Positions 50,895 to 60,825 of a stretch of DNA of 64,000 bases are shown here, piece after piece. The stretch comes from a virus (Duplodnaviria; Caudoviricetes): the IMG/VR virus record IMGVR_UViG_3300042291_001013. One strand, written 5' to 3'. The notes below the pieces were generated by a model. The model was not told the DNA's origin, made no database searches, and worked only from the letters and a program-made list of their open reading frames with translations. Both the position numbers and the translations under genes were made by a program. Positions within the stretch are counted from its first letter, which is position 1, and every line of letters starts with the position of its first letter.

Positions 50895-51440
50895 TTAAAA
50901 AGTTATTTCTTTAAGATTGAATCCGAGGTTGTTAGTTTCTGACATTATTAACAAGAATGTTTTTACCCAGTTAGTCAGTTTTGTTTGTTCCTCAACTGTG
51001 ATTGTATCACTATAAAGATGCACAGGGTTGATCAAAACAATCCTGGGCCAAACAGATTTAAATGACAACTGGGCACTGGCCTCATTCAATGAAACTTTGG
51101 CTGTACGGTATGCATCCATGCCAGGATCATCAAACAGATTTCTTGGCAAGACTGGAGTATAGGTAATTGCACTGCTAATATTTATTATGGTTTTTTGTTG
51201 GTTTTTCCAACGTTTCCATAGTTCATATAGTACGGTTGTTTGAACAAAATCTGGTTTTGCAACATTGATAAACATGTCACACTCAGTAGTTTGATCAAGC
51301 ATTTTTTGCATGTGATCCCAATTTCTTAGATCGTAGCCGTTGGAGCGACTGAACCCGCTGACTTGATGTCCTGATTCTTCATACGTTTTTTTAAACTCGG
51401 CGCCAAGGCCTCGAGTATGACCAGTGATAGCAATTTTCAT
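50895..51440 (-). CDS. Short-chain dehydrogenase/reductase
   Basis: TGHTRGLG, INVA, INISS and YRTAK (YxxxK). Confidence 0.85.
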   Translation of the reverse strand: MKIAITGHTRGLGAEFKKTYEESGHQVSGFSRSNGYDLRNWDHMQKMLDQTTECDMFINVAKPDFVQTTVLYELWKRWKNQQKTIINISSAITYTPVLPRNLFDDPGMDAYRTAKVSLNEASAQLSFKSVWPRIVLINPVHLYSDTITVEEQTKLTNWVKTFLLIMSETNNLGFNLKEITF

Positions 51441-51979
51441 AATTTTGGACCCAATGATATATCTGAGATAGTTAAATTATTGGTCTGTGCTATTTCTAAC
51501 ATAGATACCAACGCTCCGGCCCAGACATTTACATCTGCGGCAGGTGGCACTGTTTTGTCAGCACTGGTTGCAATGTTGCCCGGTCGAACTAGAGTAATTT
51601 TTATACCTGAGCGACTATTTCGTATTTGACTTACCGCTTGTTCTAGTGTGGTTTTTTGTATTCTGTAAGCCATCATATCCAGTCCAGGCAATACACTCAC
51701 CGGATCTTGTGTCATCATGGTGCTGATGACCATGATGTGTTTACCACTACCTTTCCAACGCTGAACCATCTCAAACAACAATTCGGTCTGCGCATAGCCT
51801 GCTTGTGCGTTGTTTATAAACATATCACAGGGTTCTATTGCGTCGGCTATTTTTGGTATCACTCGTATGTTATGGCCTGTGCGGCGGCTTAGACTTAGTA
51901 TCTCGTGACCACGTGCTTGGTATTCGTTACCCAGTGCCTGACCTATTCCAGCTGTGCCGCCTGTAATTGCTATTTTCAT
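51437..51979 (-). CDS. Short-chain dehydrogenase/reductase
   Basis: TGGTAGIG, INNA and YRIQK (YxxxK); start 51979. Confidence 0.85.
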   Translation of the reverse strand: MKIAITGGTAGIGQALGNEYQARGHEILSLSRRTGHNIRVIPKIADAIEPCDMFINNAQAGYAQTELLFEMVQRWKGSGKHIMVISTMMTQDPVSVLPGLDMMAYRIQKTTLEQAVSQIRNSRSGIKITLVRPGNIATSADKTVPPAADVNVWAGALVSMLEIAQTNNLTISDISLGPKL

Positions 51980-52941
51980 TGATAGTAATCCCAAAGTTTA
52001 ATACCACGCAACTGATCTTGTGCATGTGTCCATGACTGTAGTTCAATTGTGTTGTCTCGATCCTGGCCCACTATGGATTTTAATTCATCTGGTACATCAG
52101 CAGTTCTTGTAAAATGATTATTGTACTTGACGTTTAGTACCTCTGGCTGTTCCAGCAATGCCCAGGAGTGATCAAGACCTTGCTGTTTTGTATATGCAAA
52201 AATATTCTTCAAGTTGCTGATATTTAACGAACTGACTGTGGTCCAGGTGTTTAGTTCTTGGATTCCCATGTTTCTGTATATGTCAAGATTTCGTTCAAAG
52301 TTTTCCCACTTGATAGGCCAACGCACATAATCATGAACACGTCCGATACCATCCAGGCTCACTGTGACTGTGACGTGTACGCCACGCTTGACCAGTTGCT
52401 GTATTTCTGGAATGACCATAGAACAGTTGGTGTTGATTCTAACGCTGACCACTGATGGAGGAATATTTTTAAGTATGTTGCGATAGTTTTTACTGGCACT
52501 GGGTTCACCACCATTAATATCCAAATGAACCACACGCTCTAATGGCAATTGCCAAAATGCCGCTGAGTTATCTACTATGGGATAGTTACTAGATATTAAA
52601 CTGCCTATCTTGGTGCTTAGATTTTGATTGCAAGATTGGCAAGCACTATTACAAATGTTGTCTAGTACCCCGCCAACAGTAAGATAGTCCAGGCGTGTTT
52701 GTTTTTTATCAAATTTGATAGCATTGAGTCTTATGCTGGTGTTGTTGATTTGTTCTGTTTGTTGACACCGCACACATTCCTTGGGCCATGTATCTGGATT
52801 GCTTTTGATATCACTTAACCAATCACTAGCGTTCATTTTCTCTATGGTATCAAACTCAGGTGGATTGACCATATGACCGCATCGACTCATGGTACCATTG
52901 GGATTAAATCTCACAAAGTGATCAAGTCTCGGGCAATACAT
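51976..52941 (-). CDS. Radical SAM protein with N-terminal twitch/SPASM-like domain
   Basis: MYCPRL..SRCGH; CNSACQSC; NGGEPS; VRWP. Confidence 0.87.
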   Translation of the reverse strand: MYCPRLDHFVRFNPNGTMSRCGHMVNPPEFDTIEKMNASDWLSDIKSNPDTWPKECVRCQQTEQINNTSIRLNAIKFDKKQTRLDYLTVGGVLDNICNSACQSCNQNLSTKIGSLISSNYPIVDNSAAFWQLPLERVVHLDINGGEPSASKNYRNILKNIPPSVVSVRINTNCSMVIPEIQQLVKRGVHVTVTVSLDGIGRVHDYVRWPIKWENFERNLDIYRNMGIQELNTWTTVSSLNISNLKNIFAYTKQQGLDHSWALLEQPEVLNVKYNNHFTRTADVPDELKSIVGQDRDNTIELQSWTHAQDQLRGIKLWDYYQ

Positions 52942-53548
52942 GTTCGATGATATTTTTATAATTTTTTTGATAGTAATCCAAGAGTTCGCTCCAGGTAAAT
53001 TCTTGACCAGCCAACTCTAAAAGTATTTGATCTAAATACAGCCACAACTCAATACCGTGATTTTCTTTAAACAATTCAGCAACAAAGTCTTTACTGGGCG
53101 GAATAACGTATGCTCTAGATTCAAAATCAGTTATTGCGCCAAAGTCTTTGAAGTTCCTAAAGCGTATTTTTGTATCGTTACGTAGATAACGAGAAAGATT
53201 TGCCAACCAGTGAAACTGGGGCAAGTAGTGTGTGTTTAAAAATTTATATCGCTTGGCAAACCAAAATGCTGTAGAAGAATCTAACTCAGGATAGTCGCGT
53301 TGAAGATGTTGCAGGTATGTGTTAATTCCACTGACATATCTGTCTCGGGGGTTGCGTATGTAGACATCCACATAGTCCAGCGCCAAAATCTCATGATTAC
53401 TAAACACCACGAGATTCTCTTTTTTTTGCTGATATCGCAAACTGGTGTTTCCGTTTTTTTGAATTAGATAAACCCATTGATTGTGAAGTGGTAGAGATAC
53501 CACTTCACATAGATTTGGAAACAATTCTGTATCCAAAGACGTTTTCAT
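52922..53548 (-). CDS. Sulfotransferase-like (P-loop) protein
   Basis: IQKNGNTSL (5'-PSB-like) and IRNPRDRYVSG (3'-PB-like) motifs. Confidence 0.6.
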   Translation of the reverse strand: MKTSLDTELFPNLCEVVSLPLHNQWVYLIQKNGNTSLRYQQKKENLVVFSNHEILALDYVDVYIRNPRDRYVSGINTYLQHLQRDYPELDSSTAFWFAKRYKFLNTHYLPQFHWLANLSRYLRNDTKIRFRNFKDFGAITDFESRAYVIPPSKDFVAELFKENHGIELWLYLDQILLELAGQEFTWSELLDYYQKNYKNIIEHVLPET

Positions 53549-54537
53549 TACTGCTTTTGACGTGCTCGGATCATGGCCAAGATATCTTGGGCGTTGCCAC
53601 CGGCCACCGGCTTGGCTACTGGAGCAGTAGCAGTTGCTGGCTCGTCCTCATCCCAGGCAGGTGTTTCTGCCGCCGGAGCAGGTGCGGCTTTTGCTACTGG
53701 AGCAGGTTTAGCTGGTGTATCCTCGTCGCTTGCGGCTGCACCAGCAGGTGCTTGTACACCAGCAGGACGGAAGTACTGACCCCAACGCTCAGTGTCGTAT
53801 GGCTGTCCATCTACACTTGCTTCAAACATCTCTTTGATGACTCGGAGCTCAACGTCAGTTGGCTTCTTGGGCAAGAATGTGCTCAAGTCAAACAATCCAT
53901 GCTTTTCAATCGCAGCCTGTTCAGCCTCTGTCAGTGCTGACTCTTTACGTGCCCACTTGGATCCGTTATAGTCAGCAAAACCGCCTTTGCTTCCTTTGGT
54001 GATACGGAAGTCCAGGCCACGCAAGTAGTCTGTTGGCAATTCTTCCAGTTCAGGATCCATCAAGGCGCCCTTGATAGTTGTAAAGATTTGTGGACCAATG
54101 ATGAATCGACGAATTGGATTCTCTGGAGTTTTGTCGTCACCCAGTGCGTTTTCGCGCACAAAGCCTTGGAAGATGTAACTGCGTTTCTTCCAGTACTTAC
54201 GACCCATGTCTTCAAGAGTCTTGTCCTTGAACCATGTGCGTACTTCTGCCAGGATTGGGCAGGCTTCCTGCCACATTTCCACGCAAGGTACTTGTACCAT
54301 GACTTGTTTGGATTCCATCTCTCCTTTGACACCGTTGAAGGGCAAACGAATCATTGCTCGTTCTTGCCAAAAGAAAGTGTTTTTAGAGTTACCGTCTGGG
54401 AGGAAGCGTAGTGTAGCAGAGCTGCCTTCTTCCATATTCCAATGCGGATAAATTGAGTTGTCGCCACGTTCAGTGGATTGACCACCTTTTGATTCTGCTG
54501 CCTGCAGTCGTGCGCGGATTTCTGCTAATGATGCCAT
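53548..54537 (-). CDS. Single-stranded DNA-binding protein (T4 gp32-like)
   Basis: LRFLP, CPIL, YWKKRSY, LDFRITK and YNGSKW motifs; acidic low-complexity tail. Confidence 0.92.
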   Translation of the reverse strand: MASLAEIRARLQAAESKGGQSTERGDNSIYPHWNMEEGSSATLRFLPDGNSKNTFFWQERAMIRLPFNGVKGEMESKQVMVQVPCVEMWQEACPILAEVRTWFKDKTLEDMGRKYWKKRSYIFQGFVRENALGDDKTPENPIRRFIIGPQIFTTIKGALMDPELEELPTDYLRGLDFRITKGSKGGFADYNGSKWARKESALTEAEQAAIEKHGLFDLSTFLPKKPTDVELRVIKEMFEASVDGQPYDTERWGQYFRPAGVQAPAGAAASDEDTPAKPAPVAKAAPAPAAETPAWDEDEPATATAPVAKPVAGGNAQDILAMIRARQKQ

Positions 54538-54720
54538 ATTGTGTTGCCTTTCTATGCGTTAATATGATTTTAAAATTTAAGACTTGCTTAAATGCTGCCT
54601 ACAAGGTTATTTTAACACAGCCTGTCTGTGTTTCCTACCTTTACGGTAGAGAATTTTGCCTAACTTGTTGTTTACGGAAGTGTGCGCTACTACACACACT
54701 TCTTTTATGCGTTTATTTAT
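54538..54720 (-). promoter_or_regulatory. Structured 5' leader of the gp32-like gene, downstream of ATAAATA
   Basis: Longest non-coding gap in the window; four stem-loops and repeated AGGCA motifs. Confidence 0.6.
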
Positions 54721-54721
54721 G

Positions 54722-56803
54722 TTATTTTATCAAAGCCAATGATTTTATTCTTGCCAAAAGTGCAGTGCCGTCTTTTGACTCATAGTAGCTGTCGGTCACA
54801 GCGCCACGAGAGTCCATGGGATCTTGCTCGCCCATGATATCTTCAGCCATGCCCATTCCACATTCCATTAAGCCATGTTCAGGGCAGTATTGGCCTTCAG
54901 CAGTCATGTTGCATGAGCCTTCTGTAACTGGTGGTGTTTGTTTGAGCTTTTGTGCTTTTTTGTACTCTGCGTCTGGATCTTTGAATCCTTCATCACCTAG
55001 TTTATGACCAGCGTATGCGCCAGCGGCTGCTCCGGCCAATGTGCCCAGTGCTGGTACTACACTACCAAGTGCTCCACCTGCTAGGCCACCTGCAATCGCA
55101 CCTTTCCATCCTTCTTCTAAGCCGCGGTCTTGTGCAAAACGGTCTGCAACATATTCGTAAGGATCGCCATCGCGAGCTTTCTTTGTACCATATGGCATGT
55201 CATCAAAGTAGTAATCATACAATGCATGATACAGATCGTCACTCATATCGCCAGATTTTTCAAAATCGCGCACTTCTTTGCCAAAGCGATTGCAAATGTG
55301 GTCCAAGGTGCTTCCCGCTGAGTCTGTCAGCACACTCTCTTTGACCGGTACGCCGGCGTATTTCAAAATTGAATTTAGCTCATCACTCTCTGCTATACCA
55401 TCAAGGCCTTTAACACCCTTCATGATTTCTGGATCTGCGTCAATAGCATTGCTTAGATCAGTTGCCGCACCAGCCAGAGTGTCATCACCTTCAGTCACGG
55501 GAGGAACTGGGGGTTCTGCGCCAGGTGTGGCCGCAGGCTCAGTGTTTACTGGCTCCATTCCAGCGTCAGGTTCAGGTGTACTAGGAGTTTGTATGCCTAG
55601 CTCTTTGAGTCGTTGCATGACTTCTGTATCATTCCAGGCATTGGCTCGTGGATCACGTGCCGCAAGATCACCTAGACGATCAAACAAAATATCATCGCCA
55701 ACCAAGTCGTACAGTTGTTCTGTGGCATTGGTTGCGTCAGGTCCCACAACTAACTCTTTGCTCATTAGAGTTTTGAGTTTATCTAGTTGTTCGGGAGTTT
55801 CTGGTAAACTCCAAGTGCCTTCGGCTAGATTGTTGATCCAGCTTTCAAAAATATCTGCTTCTTTCATTTCTTGTCCTCGTTGCTGTATTTTTGCCAATAG
55901 TGGCAAGGCAGCCTCAATACGGCTGTCAATGGTTTGCTCAATGAACAAGGTTTTGATTTGATCAACCATTCCGTCTTGTTCAGCAATTGTGGCCGGATGC
56001 CACGATTCAAAATAATCTGTGTACCCACGACTGGTGCCCATGTGTTTGAGATTCTCTCTCAAGCTGTGGTAATACGCTTGTGCTTCAGTGATGAGTTCTT
56101 GTGTTGCGCCTTCAAGTATGTGGCTACCACTGGCACGATTGAAACGACTCAGTACTGCAATTTCATTCACAGTTTCAGTGATGTGGTTGCCACGAATGTC
56201 ATAGGGTTTGCCGCCTTGACGTACATGTTCCAGCATGGCACGGCCAGCCATCAAACTCTTGAATCCCAATCTAAAACGCTCGCCGTCGGCTGTTTCAATA
56301 AACAGTTTTTCAACATAGCGATGCCGGGCATCACCTTCGCCCAAGGCACGGTTGTGAACTATTTGCAATCTTGCTTCTGTGGGTTGACCACTATAGCTGA
56401 CTTTGCGTGTGCCATAGTAGCCTTCAAACAGGCCTTCTTTGATTGCGGCCAAGCCTTGCATGGTAAACTTGAGTTGACTAATATCTTGTATGGTCTTGGT
56501 CCAGCGATTACGCATGGCCACTTGTCCCAGATGGCCAATAAAGTCAAAGAACTCGTTCTTGTCATTGCCCTCCATGGTCTTGCCCAGGTTATCCCCGTAC
56601 ATGATCTTGCAATCGTTGTCTACATCAAGCACAATGACCATGGTGCCATAGTTTTTGCCTGTGCCACTTACATAGTCAAACGTGAAGGTTTTAGCGTTTT
56701 CAGCGTTAGTGGGCTTGCCCATTTTGTCCAGCATTTCGGGTTGAAAGTCCCGAGTTGCCAGGAAGTCAAGCAATTGTTGCGATATTGTATTTTCTGTAGC
56801 CAT
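54722..56803 (-). CDS. Large putative virion/internal head protein
   Basis: 693 aa; repeated x-x-E-[GS] sites, glycine zipper, CPEHG..EC motif; TAAATA 7 nt upstream. Confidence 0.6.
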   Translation of the reverse strand: MATENTISQQLLDFLATRDFQPEMLDKMGKPTNAENAKTFTFDYVSGTGKNYGTMVIVLDVDNDCKIMYGDNLGKTMEGNDKNEFFDFIGHLGQVAMRNRWTKTIQDISQLKFTMQGLAAIKEGLFEGYYGTRKVSYSGQPTEARLQIVHNRALGEGDARHRYVEKLFIETADGERFRLGFKSLMAGRAMLEHVRQGGKPYDIRGNHITETVNEIAVLSRFNRASGSHILEGATQELITEAQAYYHSLRENLKHMGTSRGYTDYFESWHPATIAEQDGMVDQIKTLFIEQTIDSRIEAALPLLAKIQQRGQEMKEADIFESWINNLAEGTWSLPETPEQLDKLKTLMSKELVVGPDATNATEQLYDLVGDDILFDRLGDLAARDPRANAWNDTEVMQRLKELGIQTPSTPEPDAGMEPVNTEPAATPGAEPPVPPVTEGDDTLAGAATDLSNAIDADPEIMKGVKGLDGIAESDELNSILKYAGVPVKESVLTDSAGSTLDHICNRFGKEVRDFEKSGDMSDDLYHALYDYYFDDMPYGTKKARDGDPYEYVADRFAQDRGLEEGWKGAIAGGLAGGALGSVVPALGTLAGAAAGAYAGHKLGDEGFKDPDAEYKKAQKLKQTPPVTEGSCNMTAEGQYCPEHGLMECGMGMAEDIMGEQDPMDSRGAVTDSYYESKDGTALLARIKSLALIK

Positions 56804-56813
56804 GGTCGTGTAT

Positions 56814-58403
56814 TTAGCGCATTACTGAAATGAAGGGCATGGGCTCAACCACGTTGTCTGAGTGGTCTTTAAGGTGTGCGTCCAGGTCTGAGTGAAATGT
56901 TTGCAACATCATCAGCATGCGTGTGGCCAACAGACTGGCCATCACAAGATCATCTGTTTCCCCAATCTTTGCTTGATAACTAGCCCCGTTGGCCACAAAG
57001 GTTTTGAGCTCACTTACCAGGGGTTTGGAGTATATCTTCATGCGCCCAGATTCTACCAGGATCTTGAACTTGTTGCAGGCCACAATTTTACTTTTGTTTG
57101 TGGTTGTAAATCCTTTGCGGATTCTACGTCCTGAACTACCTTGTACTGAGTTGTCACTTAAGAAATAACCTGGAATGTTTTCTTCACCGTATTCTGCTAT
57201 GGATATCAGGGCCGCTTCTCCCAGCGTGTTGTTTTCCACACTGTAGTAGATGCTCTTGTTGTCTTTGACCACAGTGTGCAGTTCTTTGATGATGTCGGCC
57301 ATGATTTTAATCTGCGTTGGGACGTCAGTTTTGTTGTGCCGCCACTCTGCAATTTGTTCAGTGGTATCTGCTTCAAATACTTGTATAGCTGACGGATCTC
57401 CACCAGTACCCAAACTGGGGTCTAGTGCCACAATGTAGATGTGGTCTTTTTTGGGTTTGCGGTACCAGCGTACTTGACCAGTTTTTTCTACAGGTTCCAC
57501 ACCCTCAAGCTCTAGTAGTTTGATAGGCGATATCAGTGTTTCGTCATTGATCACAAAGTCGCAGTCCATCTCTCGACGGAAACGTTCGTCCCCAAGTTGA
57601 CTACGTTGTTCTTCTGCCCACTTGTCATCTCTATCTGGATGTTCACGCCAGAATGCTCTAAATGCTTTGAATCCGTTTATGCCCAGGCCATTGGGTCTTG
57701 GATTGCCAAACTCATCTTCAACTTTGTTGGCACCTTTCCAGATGTAAGCAAATTGATCCTCATCCGAGTTGGGGGTGCTTGTGATAATTGCCTTACCACC
57801 TGTTGACAGTGTGGGCGTAATAGAAGTCCAAAACTCTTTGGCAATTGTGGGTCGTACAAACGCAAACTCGTCTAGATACAGTAGCGTAATACTCATACCA
57901 CGACCGGTATTTTCAGTAGTTGTTTGACTAACAATACGTGATCCATTGTCAAACTCTAGAGAACCTTTGTTGTAGCTGGTAGCACCTGCTCTAATATGAT
58001 TGGGGCATAGTTCGTAAGCATACCGAATACGTTGCATGATCTCTTGTGCGCCCAGATATTTGTGTGCGGCAATAAGAATAGTTGCGTCAGGTACAAACAT
58101 TGCATACCACAACAAGTAACCAGCGGCACTAGTTGACTTGCCTGTTTGGCGTGGCATTAGTGAGATACTAAAACGATTTTGATGATAATTATTGATCAAA
58201 CGTTTTTGATATTCAAACGGATGATACAACATCTTGCCCCGAACAGGATGCTGAATATAAAAGAAGTTGTCCATGAAATACATGGCACCGTCAACCGGAT
58301 CTGCACAACGAGCAAAATCTTCTAGTTCTTGCTCGGTAAATGTTTCTCGTCGATGCGGTGCCTTGACCAGTACTGTGTCAAGTGTGTTTTTTGCGCCAAT
58401 CAT
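56814..58403 (-). CDS. terL: Terminase large subunit (T4 gp17-like)
   Basis: MPRQTGKS, YLDEFAF, STPN, ALDPSLG and DDLVMA motifs. Confidence 0.96.
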   Translation of the reverse strand: MIGAKNTLDTVLVKAPHRRETFTEQELEDFARCADPVDGAMYFMDNFFYIQHPVRGKMLYHPFEYQKRLINNYHQNRFSISLMPRQTGKSTSAAGYLLWYAMFVPDATILIAAHKYLGAQEIMQRIRYAYELCPNHIRAGATSYNKGSLEFDNGSRIVSQTTTENTGRGMSITLLYLDEFAFVRPTIAKEFWTSITPTLSTGGKAIITSTPNSDEDQFAYIWKGANKVEDEFGNPRPNGLGINGFKAFRAFWREHPDRDDKWAEEQRSQLGDERFRREMDCDFVINDETLISPIKLLELEGVEPVEKTGQVRWYRKPKKDHIYIVALDPSLGTGGDPSAIQVFEADTTEQIAEWRHNKTDVPTQIKIMADIIKELHTVVKDNKSIYYSVENNTLGEAALISIAEYGEENIPGYFLSDNSVQGSSGRRIRKGFTTTNKSKIVACNKFKILVESGRMKIYSKPLVSELKTFVANGASYQAKIGETDDLVMASLLATRMLMMLQTFHSDLDAHLKDHSDNVVEPMPFISVMR

Positions 58404-59124
58404 CCATTACTCTTTCTGCAAATATTTTGTGTCCTTCAGGACCAGCATGCATGTAGTCACGGGCATAGCCAATCTCTTCTCTACTGCGAGCAAAATAATC
58501 ATGTGCATTGTATGTTTGGCATTTGATGTCAAGCTCTGCACACAGTCCTTGCACTGCCAACTTGTTCTTTGCATTATTTAAGTCGGCATTGCGATCATTT
58601 ATCAACCACTGCTGTATGGCTCGGTCTGTGATATCAGTCTGGCCAGGCATATACGTGTTGTGCGGCCACTGAGAATCTTCAGTGATTAGATCAAACCTAT
58701 GTTTGGGTGGGGCACACATTACAACTAACCTGGGCAACAGCCGGGGAACCCAATATTTTGCCAACATAAAACAAGTGTCAGCACTGGCACCTCCCCACGA
58801 AAGATTATACACTGTGAGCTCTAACTCTTGTCCTACTAGTGTGGGCCATATGCTTTCTAAAGGTAATCCCATGCCAACACTGTAACTGCATCCTAAAGTA
58901 ACTATGCTGGCCGCACTGGGATCAAACTCTTCAGCTCTAAAACCATTTGAATTGATTTTGTATGTTATTGCTCGGGGCCTGTCCCATCCATGCCGGCGGA
59001 AATGCTCTTGGTGTTTTGGGTCTTGTAATAATTTCTGATAGTTTTCTTCGGTGTCAGTTGACAACCACTCAGTAGTCTGCCCCGCATACTTCATGCCAAA
59101 GTGCCAAGGTGCGTTATTTGACAT
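58378..59124 (-). CDS. SGNH-like protein (6 of 6)
   Basis: TLGCSYS, WGGASA and DYMHAGPEGH motifs. Confidence 0.72.
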   Translation of the reverse strand: MSNNAPWHFGMKYAGQTTEWLSTDTEENYQKLLQDPKHQEHFRRHGWDRPRAITYKINSNGFRAEEFDPSAASIVTLGCSYSVGMGLPLESIWPTLVGQELELTVYNLSWGGASADTCFMLAKYWVPRLLPRLVVMCAPPKHRFDLITEDSQWPHNTYMPGQTDITDRAIQQWLINDRNADLNNAKNKLAVQGLCAELDIKCQTYNAHDYFARSREEIGYARDYMHAGPEGHKIFAERVMDDWRKKHT

Positions 59125-60271
59125 CCGGTACCTCTTTTAATGCCACTGCCATGTCCGGCCATAAGTCTTCAAAGCGAGTTACTTTCTTTAGTTTTTGCTC
59201 AATGTCTCTGTGCCAATCAGTTACATACAAATCTCTATCCATTGGGGGCAAGTAACTGTTATCGTTCAAGGTTAACTTGTATCTTTCCAAGATATCAAGC
59301 GATATGTTTTGTTGTCCTTGATACTTGGTTAGAACAAGATCAATTTCATCTATAGCTTGTTGTCGAACATCCATGGGCATGCGTCTAATGTCCAGCTCTT
59401 GCGGATGGTTTAACTCGCACCAAAAAATATCCAAGCTCATAGACTGACAAAAATCATAGTACTCTGTCAAGTCCCAAGCACAATAAATGCTGTAAGCAGG
59501 ATGTGCTGTGACTCGTTGGTTGTCACGCTTCATTGTTTGAATGTTCTTAACAAATTGATTCCAGTCAGCACCATTGCGCACATACTCAAATTTTTGTTGA
59601 TTGGCGTTGTCAAAGCTGATCATCCAGCTGACTCGGGGCCATGTCTTTAGTTCTTGATAGATGGGATTGTTTTCAAGTTCCACGCTGAGGTTGGTTGTGA
59701 CCAGTACATTGACTTTGTTGGAATCAAGGTGTTTTAAAAACTCCCCAAGTCCTTTTTGTAACAAGGGTTCGCCACCGCCCAAAGTCAGCCCTTGTAAACT
59801 GTGTCCGTTGGTCTTGGCCAGTTCAATTAAGTCTTGATGTTCGTTGCGATCATGGTTGATAGGGATTTTCAGAGCACTTTGCCAAGCTGTGCTGGTTTCA
59901 GGATTGCAATAGGTGCAACTGAGATTGCAGAGATTGCTCCAGTTTACCACTAGGTGTTCTAGATCAAACCAGGATATATCATCATTGATTGCATCTATAG
60001 TCTTTTGATCTGCATGGCGCTGAGTGCGTCCACTGTGCCCAGTTGTATCTTCAAGACGTTTACACCATGAGCAAGCATCGTGCCATTTGCCGTCAGCCAT
60101 GTGTTGTTTTATGTCTTTGAGTTCGGGTCCGTGTATTACTTCTTGAATGGTGTTTTTCTTGATATTGCCCACAGATGACAAACAATGCATGCAAGGAGTA
60201 ACACGACCATTTTGGTCAATGTTGAGGCTGGTCCAGGGTGCAGGACAAAATGTAGGGCCGTTAGATATCAT
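59114..60271 (-). CDS. Radical SAM protein with N-terminal twitch/SPASM-like domain
   Basis: FCPAPW..PCMH; CNLSCTYC; GGGEPL; VRNG. Confidence 0.9.
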   Translation of the reverse strand: MISNGPTFCPAPWTSLNIDQNGRVTPCMHCLSSVGNIKKNTIQEVIHGPELKDIKQHMADGKWHDACSWCKRLEDTTGHSGRTQRHADQKTIDAINDDISWFDLEHLVVNWSNLCNLSCTYCNPETSTAWQSALKIPINHDRNEHQDLIELAKTNGHSLQGLTLGGGEPLLQKGLGEFLKHLDSNKVNVLVTTNLSVELENNPIYQELKTWPRVSWMISFDNANQQKFEYVRNGADWNQFVKNIQTMKRDNQRVTAHPAYSIYCAWDLTEYYDFCQSMSLDIFWCELNHPQELDIRRMPMDVRQQAIDEIDLVLTKYQGQQNISLDILERYKLTLNDNSYLPPMDRDLYVTDWHRDIEQKLKKVTRFEDLWPDMAVALKEVPDVK

Positions 60272-60825
60272 AGTGTTTTGACCCAGCTGTAGCTGGTGAG
60301 TCTAAATGTGTTTTTTGGCACAGGATTTAACATAGCATGCCACAGCAGGTTTCTGTAGCCGTCCGTGTTGGGTCTGTTGACCATGATGTAACCTGTGTTG
60401 GCTCGCATGGGAAACTGATGACGTTTGCTAGCAGGATCTTGGTACCAGTAAAACGAAGTCCCAAGGTCTTCGTTGGCTCCAATCCAGGTCAATTGCATAC
60501 TGCCCGGCATTTCGCCATCAGTGTGCATGGAGCAAGTAAAGCCGGGCTCATCAACCCACCATGCAGTGCCCATGTAGTCTTCTAATTCAAAGCCCACAGC
60601 GTTGCCAATGTCGGTCCATATGCGATGACAAGCCAGTTCCCACTCTATGATCCAAGGCAACACGTTGTCGTCGATTCTTCTGCGGGCCCAGCTTTCCTGC
60701 CCTTCTTGTCTGTGCCAAGGCAAGTCTAACCAAGGTGTGGCTAATATTTTGGCCACCAGTTCTGGGGGCATTGCATTGTCAACTCGATACAAGTTGGGTT
60801 CGTTATCAACAGGTGCTATTTGCAT
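60268..60825 (-). CDS. 2OG-Fe(II) oxygenase-like protein
   Basis: HTD...WHAM...RLTSY facial triad and 2-oxoglutarate-binding pattern. Confidence 0.72.
   Translation of the reverse strand: MQIAPVDNEPNLYRVDNAMPPELVAKILATPWLDLPWHRQEGQESWARRRIDDNVLPWIIEWELACHRIWTDIGNAVGFELEDYMGTAWWVDEPGFTCSMHTDGEMPGSMQLTWIGANEDLGTSFYWYQDPASKRHQFPMRANTGYIMVNRPNTDGYRNLLWHAMLNPVPKNTFRLTSYSWVKTL

Noticed and set aside
55278-56833. Long plus-strand ORFs (227 and 299 aa)
   Set aside because: Antisense shadows of the 693-aa gene; no RBS or promoter and no recognisable motifs.
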